In this document: positions 1 through 9,840 of the stretch, in pieces
Numbering within the stretch: position 1 is the first letter of the stretch
How the letters are laid out: every line of letters starts with the position of its first letter
Origin: a virus
Length of the DNA stretch: 64,000 nt
IMG/VR virus record: IMGVR_UViG_3300047476_000982
Span: 32,001-96,000 of that record
Reading direction: 5' to 3' (one strand)
Notes under the pieces: generated by a model
Database searches by the model: none
Seen by the model: only the letters and a program-made list of their open reading frames with translations
What the model was told of the DNA's origin: nothing
Translations under genes and position numbers: made by a program

Positions 1-2802
1 ACAATTCCATGTAACTATTGCAAATAAGTTATTATTTACTTCTGCGTTTCTTTCGTCTTCATATTTTTTATTATCAGAAACTTTAAATACAGAAGAGAAA
101 AATCCGTCTATTATAGAATCAGATTCTGCAGGCGAAGTTACTGAATTCCAATACGTTTTTGGAAACTCTCTTTCTAAATCTTCAGGGGTTTTAACTATTA
201 TATCTTCTAAACCTTTCTTTTTTATAATTCTAAGTAAAAAGTCTTCGACTAATATAAAGTCATTATGCTTACTATTTAAATAAAATTTAGTATTTATATA
301 ATCTTTTTCTGTATTAATTTTTGGCATTATTTTTGTAAAATAATCTAAATCAAAATACCACAATTGGAAAGACAAATACTTTTCTTCATTCACATAAATA
401 AATCCTTTTTTATTTTTCTCTTCAGTTTCAATAATTAAATTATTTATGTTTTCTATGTTTTTTATTATAGAATCATATTCTATTCTAATAAATTTTGTAT
501 ATCCTAAAGACTTAGCTAAATTAGTAGTATGATATAAATTAGAAAGTACAGATAGTCCATGTTTTTGAGATGCTTTATTTGAAAAGCAAAAATATTTTTC
601 GGCATCACCATACCATAATCCAATTAAATCATTTGTATTATATTCTTTTTCAAATAATCTATTATTTTTATCGTACACTAAATAATCAATACTATCTATT
701 ATAGATTTATCAAAATCACTATTAGTAACTACCATAATAGGTAATCCTAATTTTTTAATATTTAAAATAGATTCTTTAAAAGTAGAAAGGCAATGATCAT
801 TATGAAAAAAAGCATCTATAATTACTATAGGATTTTGTTTCGCTTTTCTTTTTGCATATATAGTACCTATTACAGAATCTTCATATCTGTGTTTTATACT
901 ATCATTATTTAATGAGTTTTGATCTCTTATTTGATCTATTTCAAATCCTTTTGAAGATAATTTATTTACTAATTTAGAAACTTTCTTATTTTGATTATCA
1001 TGAAACTCTATTAAAAAGCCATCTATAACATCAAATACTTCATCTTCTAATTCTTCAATAATTTCATATTCGGCTCCTTCAATATCCATTTTAACTAAAG
1101 ATACTCTATCAATATTATTCTGTTTAATAAATGTTTTTAAAGATATTGCTGGAACTACTATTTCTTCTAATGAATTTGAATGTATTTCTAAATGCTCTTT
1201 AGAAAGACTTCCTATAGTAGTATTTGTAGGATCTATATAAAATTTAAGATCTTCATCTTTAGTATAAACTGCTTTATCTAGTATTTCTATATCTAAATTT
1301 TGAGTAACACTTTTTAAGTTAATTAAAGAATCTTGATTTGGTTCAAATGCATAAATCTTTTTAACTCCTTTATTTGCACATAAAAGAGAAAATAATCCAC
1401 TATTAGCTCCAATATCAAAAACTGTATCTAAATTATCTAATTCATAACAGTCGTATTTTTTAGATAAAAACATTTCATTGTAATTATTAAATAGACAATC
1501 AAATGGATTATTTAAATTTAATGCGACATCTTTTTTTACAGTTTCTTTTATAAATAAATCTTTAGAATATAAAAGTTCATTTTCTAAATTATAAAATTCA
1601 ATTACTAAAGTACCAACGACTGGATCTCTTACGAAGTCTAAAGATTGCACAGGAATTGGTACTATCCACCACGCAGAGCCATTAACAAACTCAGCATTAA
1701 ACCAATACATTGGTGCATTAGAATCTTTTTCTTTTATTGATACTTTATATTTACTAGGCTCGTGTTTTTTATATGTAATATGAATTTTATTCTCTGATGG
1801 ATTTATTGATATATCAAATATTTCGTCTATTTTATTTTCTTGCATTCCTAATTTATTTAATATCAATTTTATATTTTGTTCTTTATTATTAAAATCTAGA
1901 TAATTTATATTACTAAATTTATTAAAATAATTTAAATAAACATCTAGATTAAAAATAAGTGATGGTGTTTTCCAACTAATAGCCTCTCTAATTACCAGAG
2001 GCATTGTTTCTTTATCAGTGGCATGGCCTCTAGAAGTAAATAAAAATAGATCAGCCATTTCAAAAAAAGTATCTACATCATCTCGTTCTCCCCACCATTT
2101 ACAATTACTAGGAAATTCTTTCATTAAAGGTTGCCAATAATCTTGAAAATTATCTGCTTGATTTCCTATAAAGTGAAATTGAATAGGATAGTCTTTAAGC
2201 ATTCTAGCATACTCAATAACTTCTGCTTGATTCTTTCTAGGAGTAAATAATCCTACGTTTATAACATGTTTTTTATTAGGATCTAAACCTAATTTATTTA
2301 ATAATTCTTGTCTAGTATAAGTTTTAGTTTTATATTCTATGGGATATTCTACTAATTGTATTGGAATATTTAATGGTTTATAAGTCTCTACTTGATATTG
2401 ACTTACCATCATAAATTTGTCTGGAAAGTATATTTTTCTATTTATGTCAAAACTTGAATCGTGAGATGTTTCAATTATTTTATATGTTCTATTTATTGAA
2501 TAAAATTTATCTGCAATATCACTAGGCATAAACATTTCAGGGATTTCTTGAAGGTGTATTATGTCTGGATTATATTCTTCAATCAATTTAAATAAATGGT
2601 GTTTATCTTGATCTAGTGTTACTAATCTTTTACCTAAAATATTTTTAATTTTATTTCTTTGAACTACAAGATTACCTCCTGTAATGTCATCCCACTCTAA
2701 ACAATATATAGAATGTTTTTTATGTAAAGCCTCTATTTGTTTATAAAGATATTGAGGCATTCCACCTGTAGAAAGGTGAGGAGCAATAAAAAATATCGTC
2801 AT
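1..2802 (-). CDS. Multidomain glycosyltransferase (GT4/GT-B-like N-terminus) fused to FkbM-family SAM methyltransferase plus a further domain; 3'-partial, runs off the window
   Basis: Manual translation from ATG at 2802: MTIFFIAPHLSTGGMPQYL...PDIIHLQE; later VFDIGANSG...YAFEPN...VKMDIEGAEY...LIEFH (FkbM motifs). The frame is open to base 1. Absent from the ORF track, presumably because no stop lies in the window. Confidence 0.85.
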   Translation of the reverse strand, partial: MTIFFIAPHLSTGGMPQYLYKQIEALHKKHSIYCLEWDDITGGNLVVQRNKIKNILGKRLVTLDQDKHHLFKLIEEYNPDIIHLQEIPEMFMPSDIADKFYSINRTYKIIETSHDSSFDINRKIYFPDKFMMVSQYQVETYKPLNIPIQLVEYPIEYKTKTYTRQELLNKLGLDPNKKHVINVGLFTPRKNQAEVIEYARMLKDYPIQFHFIGNQADNFQDYWQPLMKEFPSNCKWWGERDDVDTFFEMADLFLFTSRGHATDKETMPLVIREAISWKTPSLIFNLDVYLNYFNKFSNINYLDFNNKEQNIKLILNKLGMQENKIDEIFDISINPSENKIHITYKKHEPSKYKVSIKEKDSNAPMYWFNAEFVNGSAWWIVPIPVQSLDFVRDPVVGTLVIEFYNLENELLYSKDLFIKETVKKDVALNLNNPFDCLFNNYNEMFLSKKYDCYELDNLDTVFDIGANSGLFSLLCANKGVKKIYAFEPNQDSLINLKSVTQNLDIEILDKAVYTKDEDLKFYIDPTNTTIGSLSKEHLEIHSNSLEEIVVPAISLKTFIKQNNIDRVSLVKMDIEGAEYEIIEELEDEVFDVIDGFLIEFHDNQNKKVSKLVNKLSSKGFEIDQIRDQNSLNNDSIKHRYEDSVIGTIYAKRKAKQNPIVIIDAFFHNDHCLSTFKESILNIKKLGLPIMVVTNSDFDKSIIDSIDYLVYDKNNRLFEKEYNTNDLIGLWYGDAEKYFCFSNKASQKHGLSVLSNLYHTTNLAKSLGYTKFIRIEYDSIIKNIENINNLIIETEEKNKKGFIYVNEEKYLSFQLWYFDLDYFTKIMPKINTEKDYINTKFYLNSKHNDFILVEDFLLRIIKKKGLEDIIVKTPEDLEREFPKTYWNSVTSPAESDSIIDGFFSSVFKVSDNKKYEDERNAEVNNNLFAIVTWNC

Positions 2803-2845
2803 AACTAAATATAACTAAAAAATTTAAATAATAAAATTTATCTTA

Positions 2846-3121
2846 TTAGTAACCATTATTATCTAACCAATCTTGTAGTGGTTGTCTATCTCCATTATAT
2901 AATTCTCTTCTAAGATCGTGTTCTATATGTTGTTCAGGAGTTGGTACTTCTCCATTTGTCAACAATTCACCGTGTCTTTGTCCTTTAATAAATTGAATTA
3001 TATTTTCAAAACATCTAACATAATAAAGAAAATTCATATACTCAAAAGTAACAATCTTAGTAGATTCTTCTCCTGTTAATTCTGTTTTAATGTAAATAAA
3101 ATCATTAGTACTATAACTCAT
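2846..3121 (-). CDS. Hypothetical protein (91 aa)
   Basis: ORF track; co-oriented and closely spaced with its neighbours. Confidence 0.7.
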   Translation of the reverse strand: MSYSTNDFIYIKTELTGEESTKIVTFEYMNFLYYVRCFENIIQFIKGQRHGELLTNGEVPTPEQHIEHDLRRELYNGDRQPLQDWLDNNGY

Positions 3122-3133
3122 ATTAAATTATTT

Positions 3134-4429
3134 TTAAACTATAAAAGCGCCTTCTACAGGTGTAGGTCTAGATCTTTTTATATCTCCAAAAGCTAAATAA
3201 CCATGCCATTCATTTTCAGGACCACCTGCATCGATTTCAACTACTGTTGTAAAGTTATTAAATCCCCAAGCATTCAAATCAAATCTAGCTTGAACACCAC
3301 CAGCAGTACTAGGAAATGCTAATAGGTTATTATATTCTATTACTGTATCTATTTCTGAGGATGCTGTAAGATCCTCATCTAATACTGACATAGTTTGTCT
3401 TGATGCTGTACCTGTAGCCGTTCCAAAACCCATCCTATCCTGTGTTGATGCTGTACCAGCTGCACTTTGAGTTTTCATTGCTCCCATTATACAAATACCT
3501 CTTAAATAAAATGGAAGTCCTGTAACAGCTGCTGTACGGCCAGCATCTTGTCTTATAGTATAAGAACCTACTTGCCAACCTCCACCTTTTATTGCCATAT
3601 AAATGCTTCTTCTATTTGTAGTAGCTCTATTAGTCCAGTTTAATGTAAATTGGTCTGTACCAAAAGATTGTAATACTGCTCTAGCATCTGGGTTACCTCC
3701 TGCTACTACAATCATTGCTAAACAATCTCCTGCTCTAGCATAACCATCAGTATCCATAGTTGCTGAAGCATCGTCTGCATTACCTAGAACAACGATATTA
3801 TTTGCTGCTGCTGTTCCTGTTGTAAATCCAACAAATAGTCCAGAGTCATTAGCTTGTCCTGTGCCTACTGCTGCTGTTGATTGCACTCCAGCTAACATCA
3901 CTACTTGATCATTTACTATATTAGTAGACGTAAATCCTGTAGCTGTATAGTTTTGATTGCCAGTAGCTGCTGGTTCCGCTATATCTCCTATTGTTACGTC
4001 TTGTATATCATCACCACCCCAAACTTCATAAAATATTGTTAAATTAGCAGGTGTAGCATCATCTACTATTAAAGTAAATCCATCAGCATCAAAACTACTT
4101 ATATCAAGTTTTCCATCAATAGCACCTGCTCCAGTAACAGTTACAACAACACAATCACTTGCTGCTACTGATCCACAATCAGAATCTGCTACGTTATCTG
4201 CACTGAATGTGCCTACGCATCTTCTAGTTGTTGCTGATGAAGCAAATCCGATTCCTCTTCTTTCTGATACGGCTTGTGACGCAGCATTAGTTGGAGAGTT
4301 AGATTGTAAACCTACCCAATAAAATCTTATTGCACGAGGAGGAAAACCTAATCCTGAAATAACTTTAGTAGAATTAAGCGCATCAGAAGTTAACCATTGA
4401 ATAGAACCAAACCGGAATAACGCCGCCAT
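3134..4429 (-). CDS. Probable virion/fibre-associated protein with a three-fold internal repeat
   Basis: ORF track; Ala/Gly/Thr-rich; three repeated segments of about 130-140 aa (GF..T..A / SF..D.FTL / Y..(W,F,I).G); directly downstream of a fibre gene. Confidence 0.65.
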   Translation of the reverse strand: MAALFRFGSIQWLTSDALNSTKVISGLGFPPRAIRFYWVGLQSNSPTNAASQAVSERRGIGFASSATTRRCVGTFSADNVADSDCGSVAASDCVVVTVTGAGAIDGKLDISSFDADGFTLIVDDATPANLTIFYEVWGGDDIQDVTIGDIAEPAATGNQNYTATGFTSTNIVNDQVVMLAGVQSTAAVGTGQANDSGLFVGFTTGTAAANNIVVLGNADDASATMDTDGYARAGDCLAMIVVAGGNPDARAVLQSFGTDQFTLNWTNRATTNRRSIYMAIKGGGWQVGSYTIRQDAGRTAAVTGLPFYLRGICIMGAMKTQSAAGTASTQDRMGFGTATGTASRQTMSVLDEDLTASSEIDTVIEYNNLLAFPSTAGGVQARFDLNAWGFNNFTTVVEIDAGGPENEWHGYLAFGDIKRSRPTPVEGAFIV

Positions 4430-4430
4430 A

Positions 4431-7391
4431 TTATGCTTTTGTATAAGTTATATGTATAGAAAGCAATTCTGCTGTTGCTGCTAATGTATCACCAGCTGCT
4501 GCAGGGTTTCTATACGCTCTAAATTGAACAAAATTTCCAGCTGCTGGAGTACCACCAATAGTAATTGCTGATGTTGCTGCTGATATATTAACATCATCAT
4601 TAGCTTGGTTTGCGTCTGTTACTTCTTGTGCTGTGCCAAATGCTTGATCTAAAGCATCGCCATCAGCGTAAGCCCGCGCTTGTAGTCCCCAAACTACAGA
4701 GTTTGTTGATGCATTACCTGCAACCCAATAAAATTTTGCAGTAATAGTTCCACCATTATAATCTGATGGCATTGGTATTGCCCAGTTAGCATATAATGTT
4801 GTAGCACCATCTGCAAATCCTAAATAATAAAAATTAACTTGGTTAGTTGTTGTTTGTGTTGTTTGCGGAGGTTGACAACCGTTAGTTAATGAAGGCCATC
4901 CACCTGCTGCTGTAAGTATTATTGTACCAGTAGTTGATCCACCACCTCCTGGTGTAGCAATTGTTAAAATATTACCTGATGAATCAAATGCAAGTACACC
5001 AGCTGCAGTACCAGTAAATGATGTGGTTGTAGTATACTGAGGTAGTTGTATTTGACCAGTATTTTTTAGTATTAATGTGTTTGTACTTGGTGCAAGTCCA
5101 GTAGAAGTTCCATATCCAATCACAAATTGACTTGTCGCATAATAAGTGAAATATGGATTACTACTTGCAAATCCATGTCCTGTAAAAAATCCTCCAGAAG
5201 TTCTTTCTAATGTTATACCAGCTGCATCTCCACCAGTAACTACTTGTAATTTACCAGAAGTAGGACTTGTAGTATTTATACCTAAGTTACCAGCATCTGA
5301 TAGAGTCATTCTTTTTTGAGTACCTTGAGTATAGAAAGTTAAACCCGATGCTTGGTTAGTTCTGATTTGGAGTTCTCCAGCCGCATATAAAATAGAGTTG
5401 GCATTACTTGCTGCTCCAAAATATAAACTGCCTCCTGTAGTTCCATCTCCTATAATAGCAATATTACCACTTCCTGATATATCTAGTGTTGCTCTTGGAG
5501 AAGTTACAACTCCTACACCTACATTACCTCTAAGTACAGTCCGTGTGATACTATTATTACCTAAAGTAGCAGTATTTGAACCGTGTCCAACATTATTAGA
5601 TCCAATTACTATTTCATTTTGTCCATTACTTTGAGAAGCATATGCAGCATATCCTACATATACTGAACTATCTGCTGTTGTATTTTCTGTAACTCCACCT
5701 CCTAGATATCCTCCTGCACCATTTCCTATTGCTACATTTTGAGTTCCATCTGTATTTCCTACTAAAGCACTATTTCCTATAGCTGTATTAAATGAACCTC
5801 CTGTATTAGCAAATAAAGCGCCGTCACCAAGAGCAACATTTTCTGCTCCATTAGTATTATTTCTCATTGCTGTAGCTCCTACAGCCGTATTAGAATATCC
5901 TGTAGTACTTCCTGATAAAGCAAACCATCCTATTGCGGTATTTCTATCAAGAGATCCCGCTGATCTGGCTAATGCTGCAAGACCAAAAGCAGTATTTGAA
6001 GTAGTCGTATCATTTCCTGTACCTATAGTAAGGCCTGCTACTTGTATATTTCCACTACTTGTAATATTACCAGTTACTGTTAAAGTAGTTCCATTAAATG
6101 TTAAATTACTTTCTACAGTTGCATTTGGAGCAGTACCATTAAGAGTTATTACACCATTATCTGTAGTTCCAGTTAAAGTTAGCGTGCCGCTAGTTCCACT
6201 CGATCCAGAAGAACCTGATGATCCTGTATTACCAGAAGTTCCTGAACTACCTGATGAACCTGAACTACCAGAAGATCCAGGAGAGCCAGTTTGACCTGAT
6301 GAACCTGAACTACCAGAAGTTCCTGAACTACCAGGTGAACCAGTTTGACCTGATGAGCCTGAACTACCAGAAGTTCCAGAAGTACCTGGAGCTCCTGTTT
6401 GTCCAGATGAACCTGATGAACCTGAACTACCTGAAGATCCATTAGCGCCTGAAGTACCTGAGCTGCCACTAGATCCAGATGATCCATTTGCTCCAGAGGT
6501 ACCAGAAGATCCTGAATTTCCAGATGAGCCAGAAGAACCGCTAGATCCACTTGAACCGTTAGCACCACTAGTACCTGATGAGCCACTAGATCCATTTGCT
6601 CCGGAAGTTCCTGAGGATCCTGATGACCCTCGAGTACCTGATGTACCAGATGAGCCAGAAGAACCGCTTGATCCGCTAGAGCCGTTTGCTCCACTTGTTC
6701 CACTAGATCCTGCAGTACCGCTAGATCCTGCGCTTCCAGACGAGCCAGAAGATCCATTTGCGCCTGATGTACCTGCGCTACCAGATGAACCACTTGATCC
6801 ATTAGCCCCACTTGTTCCAGAAGAGCCGGCACTACCTGAAGATCCTGAGCTACCAGATGAACCTGACGACCCATTGGCTCCACTTGTTCCAGAAGATCCT
6901 GATGATCCACTAGAACCGGAAGTGCCAGATGAACCAGCTGCAGCTACCCAAGTGCTACCATTATATCTATAAATGTTATTATCTGAAGTATTGTAATATA
7001 TTTGACCTGCAGCAGTACCTGTTGGATTTGATGCAGCTACGGGTATTCTTAATGATCCTGTTAAATTAGTACTACCTGTTACAGTAAAACTACCACTAAT
7101 ATCTAATGTAGCATTTAATAAAGTTTCTTTACCTACACCTACTGTTGATTGAGAAACAAATAAAGCTCTTTGACCAAATTGACCAATACGTACTGTATTG
7201 TCAGAAAAAGCTTCTATAATAGGAAGGCCCGCTGCTGTATTGACTGAGAATAACGAACCAGAAAGAGAGTCATCAATCTGGAATAAACGACCAGATGTTC
7301 CATCTACTGAAAATACTTCTGACCCAGAAGAATTAATGTTGGCTGATCCTGAGACCAGCAGGCCGTTTTTTACTTTAAATTCGTTTGGCAT
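4431..7391 (-). CDS. Tail fibre/adhesin-like protein: G-S-S repeat tract, YadA-like 14-aa head repeats, C-terminal putative binding domain
   Basis: GSSGTSGANG triplet tract; repeats SNTAFGLAAL/RNTAIGWFAL/SNTAVGATAM/ENVALGDGAL/FNTAIGNSAL resemble trimeric adhesin beta-roll repeats. Confidence 0.75.
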   Translation of the reverse strand: MPNEFKVKNGLLVSGSANINSSGSEVFSVDGTSGRLFQIDDSLSGSLFSVNTAAGLPIIEAFSDNTVRIGQFGQRALFVSQSTVGVGKETLLNATLDISGSFTVTGSTNLTGSLRIPVAASNPTGTAAGQIYYNTSDNNIYRYNGSTWVAAAGSSGTSGSSGSSGSSGTSGANGSSGSSGSSGSSGSAGSSGTSGANGSSGSSGSAGTSGANGSSGSSGSAGSSGTAGSSGTSGANGSSGSSGSSGSSGTSGTRGSSGSSGTSGANGSSGSSGTSGANGSSGSSGSSGSSGNSGSSGTSGANGSSGSSGSSGTSGANGSSGSSGSSGSSGQTGAPGTSGTSGSSGSSGQTGSPGSSGTSGSSGSSGQTGSPGSSGSSGSSGSSGTSGNTGSSGSSGSSGTSGTLTLTGTTDNGVITLNGTAPNATVESNLTFNGTTLTVTGNITSSGNIQVAGLTIGTGNDTTTSNTAFGLAALARSAGSLDRNTAIGWFALSGSTTGYSNTAVGATAMRNNTNGAENVALGDGALFANTGGSFNTAIGNSALVGNTDGTQNVAIGNGAGGYLGGGVTENTTADSSVYVGYAAYASQSNGQNEIVIGSNNVGHGSNTATLGNNSITRTVLRGNVGVGVVTSPRATLDISGSGNIAIIGDGTTGGSLYFGAASNANSILYAAGELQIRTNQASGLTFYTQGTQKRMTLSDAGNLGINTTSPTSGKLQVVTGGDAAGITLERTSGGFFTGHGFASSNPYFTYYATSQFVIGYGTSTGLAPSTNTLILKNTGQIQLPQYTTTTSFTGTAAGVLAFDSSGNILTIATPGGGGSTTGTIILTAAGGWPSLTNGCQPPQTTQTTTNQVNFYYLGFADGATTLYANWAIPMPSDYNGGTITAKFYWVAGNASTNSVVWGLQARAYADGDALDQAFGTAQEVTDANQANDDVNISAATSAITIGGTPAAGNFVQFRAYRNPAAAGDTLAATAELLSIHITYTKA
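6185..6940 (-). repeat. Gly-X-Y (GSS/GTS/GAN) low-complexity coding repeat
   Basis: Gly at every third residue in the translation; approximate bounds. Confidence 0.9.
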
Positions 7392-7425
7392 AGTCTATAC
7401 TGTTTTCACTTTCCAACAGCTATGA

Positions 7426-7433
7426 ATAAATAT
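7426..7433 (-). promoter_or_regulatory. ATATTTAT putative late promoter
   Basis: Sense-strand motif upstream of the fibre gene starting at 7391. Confidence 0.65.
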
Positions 7434-7434
7434 A

Positions 7435-7692
7435 CTACGGAATTGGATTAGGATTAGTCCATTCGGGAGTTGTTAAAATATTTAGCATTTCATTATAAGT
7501 GTATGGTCCTTCTTTAGTAGTTAATGAATCTACTGATGGTGGAATAGTTGTTCCGTCCCATTTTATAAATGTTTTTGTTTCGTCTACTGATTTTCTTACT
7601 GTGTCAGCTGATGTTTCTAATACTTGATTAAAATCAATTTGTGGCAATTCTGATACATTGAAGATCATGAATTCTCTGTTTTCGTATGACAT
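7435..7692 (-). CDS. Hypothetical protein (85 aa), within the fibre/lectin cluster
   Basis: ORF track; tightly packed with its neighbours. Confidence 0.75.
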   Translation of the reverse strand: MSYENREFMIFNVSELPQIDFNQVLETSADTVRKSVDETKTFIKWDGTTIPPSVDSLTTKEGPYTYNEMLNILTTPEWTNPNPIP

Positions 7693-7695
7693 AGT

Positions 7696-8367
7696 TTATA
7701 AATTAAATCGTAATTTTTGTGCGTTATAATTTTGTAGGATTTCTATAGCCGAGAGAGCTTTATTATATATTTTAGTAGATGCTATTTTTCCGCTCCAAGC
7801 ATAACCAGCACCTGAACTCCATTGAGCCAATACTATATTACCGGTTCCTGATGATCCAGGGGCGTGAGTGTAACTAGCATCTAATAATCCATTTACGTAT
7901 ATTATAGATGAAGAACCATTCCAAGTCCAAGCCGTATGATACCAGGTGTTTGCAACAACAACGGTATTGCTACTATCAGTAGTAAAAAGCCAACTACTAC
8001 CATTTCCTAAATGAATATTAAATTTATTTGTTGTTGTTATTTCGTATCTTAAAGATGTATTTTGATCTAAAAATATATTTTGTGTACCATCTACAACAGC
8101 TGTATTTAAAAAAAGTTCTATAGTAAAATTACTTAAAGAAGGTATTGAATTTGTTACTGTACAATTATCATCTGCTCCATCAAATACAATTATACCTCCA
8201 TTAGTAGAACTAAAAGTAGGTCCATTAGTTAAAGTACCATTATTTCCATTTCCAGACATATCTCTCCAAGTAGTTCCACTACCAGGATAAGAATTTTTAT
8301 CGGCTGCATCTAATGCTAATACTAATCCGTTTGTTACTATTTTACCAAATGCAAATTGTGTTGCCAT
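7696..8367 (-). CDS. LamG/ConA-like lectin domain protein
   Basis: GLVLALDAADKNSYPGSGTTW..., WYHTAWTWNG...IYVNG, KIYNKALS..EILQNYNA: LamG-like jelly-roll signature. Confidence 0.8.
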   Translation of the reverse strand: MATQFAFGKIVTNGLVLALDAADKNSYPGSGTTWRDMSGNGNNGTLTNGPTFSSTNGGIIVFDGADDNCTVTNSIPSLSNFTIELFLNTAVVDGTQNIFLDQNTSLRYEITTTNKFNIHLGNGSSWLFTTDSSNTVVVANTWYHTAWTWNGSSSIIYVNGLLDASYTHAPGSSGTGNIVLAQWSSGAGYAWSGKIASTKIYNKALSAIEILQNYNAQKLRFNL

Positions 8368-8371
8368 AACT

Positions 8372-8497
8372 TTATAGATTATTTATCCAATTTTGACATT
8401 CTTCATAAGTAACTCCCCAATATACTTGATTATTATTTTCATCAACTACATAAAAAGGAGGAAGTGTTTCTACTGATCCACTTATAAAAATATTCAT
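8372..8497 (-). CDS. Small hypothetical protein (41 aa, MNIFISGSVETLPPFYVVDENNNQVYWGVTYEECQNWINNL)
   Basis: Manual translation; fills the gap between two LamG genes in the same orientation. Confidence 0.6.
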   Translation of the reverse strand: MNIFISGSVETLPPFYVVDENNNQVYWGVTYEECQNWINNL

Positions 8498-8510
8498 ATT
8501 TTGTTCTATA

Positions 8511-9158
8511 TTATAAGCCATATCTTGATTTATTAGCATTATAATTGTAAATTATTTCATTGTCTGATAATTCTCTATTATAAAAATAGATTTCTTTAAC
8601 TTTACTAGTACCTGCTGCTTCTGGACCATATAATCCTATTGCTGCTGTTGCTGATGTAGTAGGACCTATATTTCCTGTAGTTCCACTTCTTCCTCCTGTT
8701 TTAGCTCCATTTTTCCACATTATTCCTCCTCCACTAGATGTATTAAATTGTAAAACTATATTTGCTATTTCTCCACTAACCATCCAAGCACCACTGCCTG
8801 CTATACCCGTCCAACCATTTCCTGTAGTATACCCATACCAAACTAATAATCCATCTTGATTATTACCTAAATAATTTTCAAAATGATATAATATAAAAGA
8901 AGCATTAACATTATAAGCTGTATTCCATTTTGCAACAGGATGGTTAGCATAACCCGTTCCAGTGCCTGTTTTTTCTAACCATAATTGAACTGTTATTTGA
9001 GAAGCATTATTTGCCCATGATGGATCTCCAGGTGAAGTTCCTCCATTAACTAAACTATACCATGTAGCTCCTGTTCCTAAATATGAATTTTTGTCGATGC
9101 CAGAGTAGGCATCTACTAATCCACTTTCAATTATATTTGGTCCACCTGATATTCCCAT
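8511..9158 (-). CDS. LamG/ConA-like lectin domain protein (divergent paralog)
   Basis: N-terminal GPNIIESGL..KNSY.GTGATW and C-terminal FYNRELSDNEIIYNYNANKSRYGL match the paralogs. Confidence 0.7.
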   Translation of the reverse strand: MGISGGPNIIESGLVDAYSGIDKNSYLGTGATWYSLVNGGTSPGDPSWANNASQITVQLWLEKTGTGTGYANHPVAKWNTAYNVNASFILYHFENYLGNNQDGLLVWYGYTTGNGWTGIAGSGAWMVSGEIANIVLQFNTSSGGGIMWKNGAKTGGRSGTTGNIGPTTSATAAIGLYGPEAAGTSKVKEIYFYNRELSDNEIIYNYNANKSRYGL

Positions 9159-9160
9159 AG

Positions 9161-9829
9161 TTATAAGCCGAAGCGTGATTTTTGTGCGTTATAGTTTTGC
9201 AGTACTTGAGAAACAGATAGTGATTGATTATATACTCTCATTAAAAATGTTGAAAAATTTGAACAATATATAATATCAGATCCTAGTCTAGCCATAGTAG
9301 CCCATGTAAATTGTCCTGATCTAGACCCAGTATTTATTAAAATCCCATTAACATATAAAGAAACTAAATTAGATGAGTCTCTTGTAACAACTGTATGAAA
9401 AATTGTATTTAAAGGAAAATTATAAGATATAGATAAACTATTAACACCACCTGCTTGATTCCACATAAGAAAGCTAGTAGAATTAAAAATCATCATACTA
9501 TTTCCTCCAGAACTACCTAGCCAATGAACTCTTGATAGTGTTTGACTAGCAAAGTTTGGTATTGATAGTATAATTTCAGCAGAGAATGGACTTGCATCTG
9601 CAAAATCTATTGCTGTACCAAAATTTAAAAAATCATTTGTTCCATCAAATGTAATATTCCCTCCATTTACGGAACTAAAAGCTGGGCTATTGTTTAGACT
9701 TGAGTTATTTCTGCTAGTTGATAAATCAGTCCAAGTGGTTCCACTACCAGGATAAGAATTCCTATCAGCAGCATCTAGATTTAATACTAATCCACTAGTA
9801 ACAATTCTTGGTCCATTTCCAAATGCCAT
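9161..9829 (-). CDS. LamG/ConA-like lectin domain protein
   Basis: GLVLNLDAADRNSYPGSGTTW...FHTVVTRD..LYVNG...RVYNQSLS..QVLQNYNAQKSRFGL. Confidence 0.8.
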   Translation of the reverse strand: MAFGNGPRIVTSGLVLNLDAADRNSYPGSGTTWTDLSTSRNNSSLNNSPAFSSVNGGNITFDGTNDFLNFGTAIDFADASPFSAEIILSIPNFASQTLSRVHWLGSSGGNSMMIFNSTSFLMWNQAGGVNSLSISYNFPLNTIFHTVVTRDSSNLVSLYVNGILINTGSRSGQFTWATMARLGSDIIYCSNFSTFLMRVYNQSLSVSQVLQNYNAQKSRFGL

Positions 9830-9840
9830 ACACCTTTATT

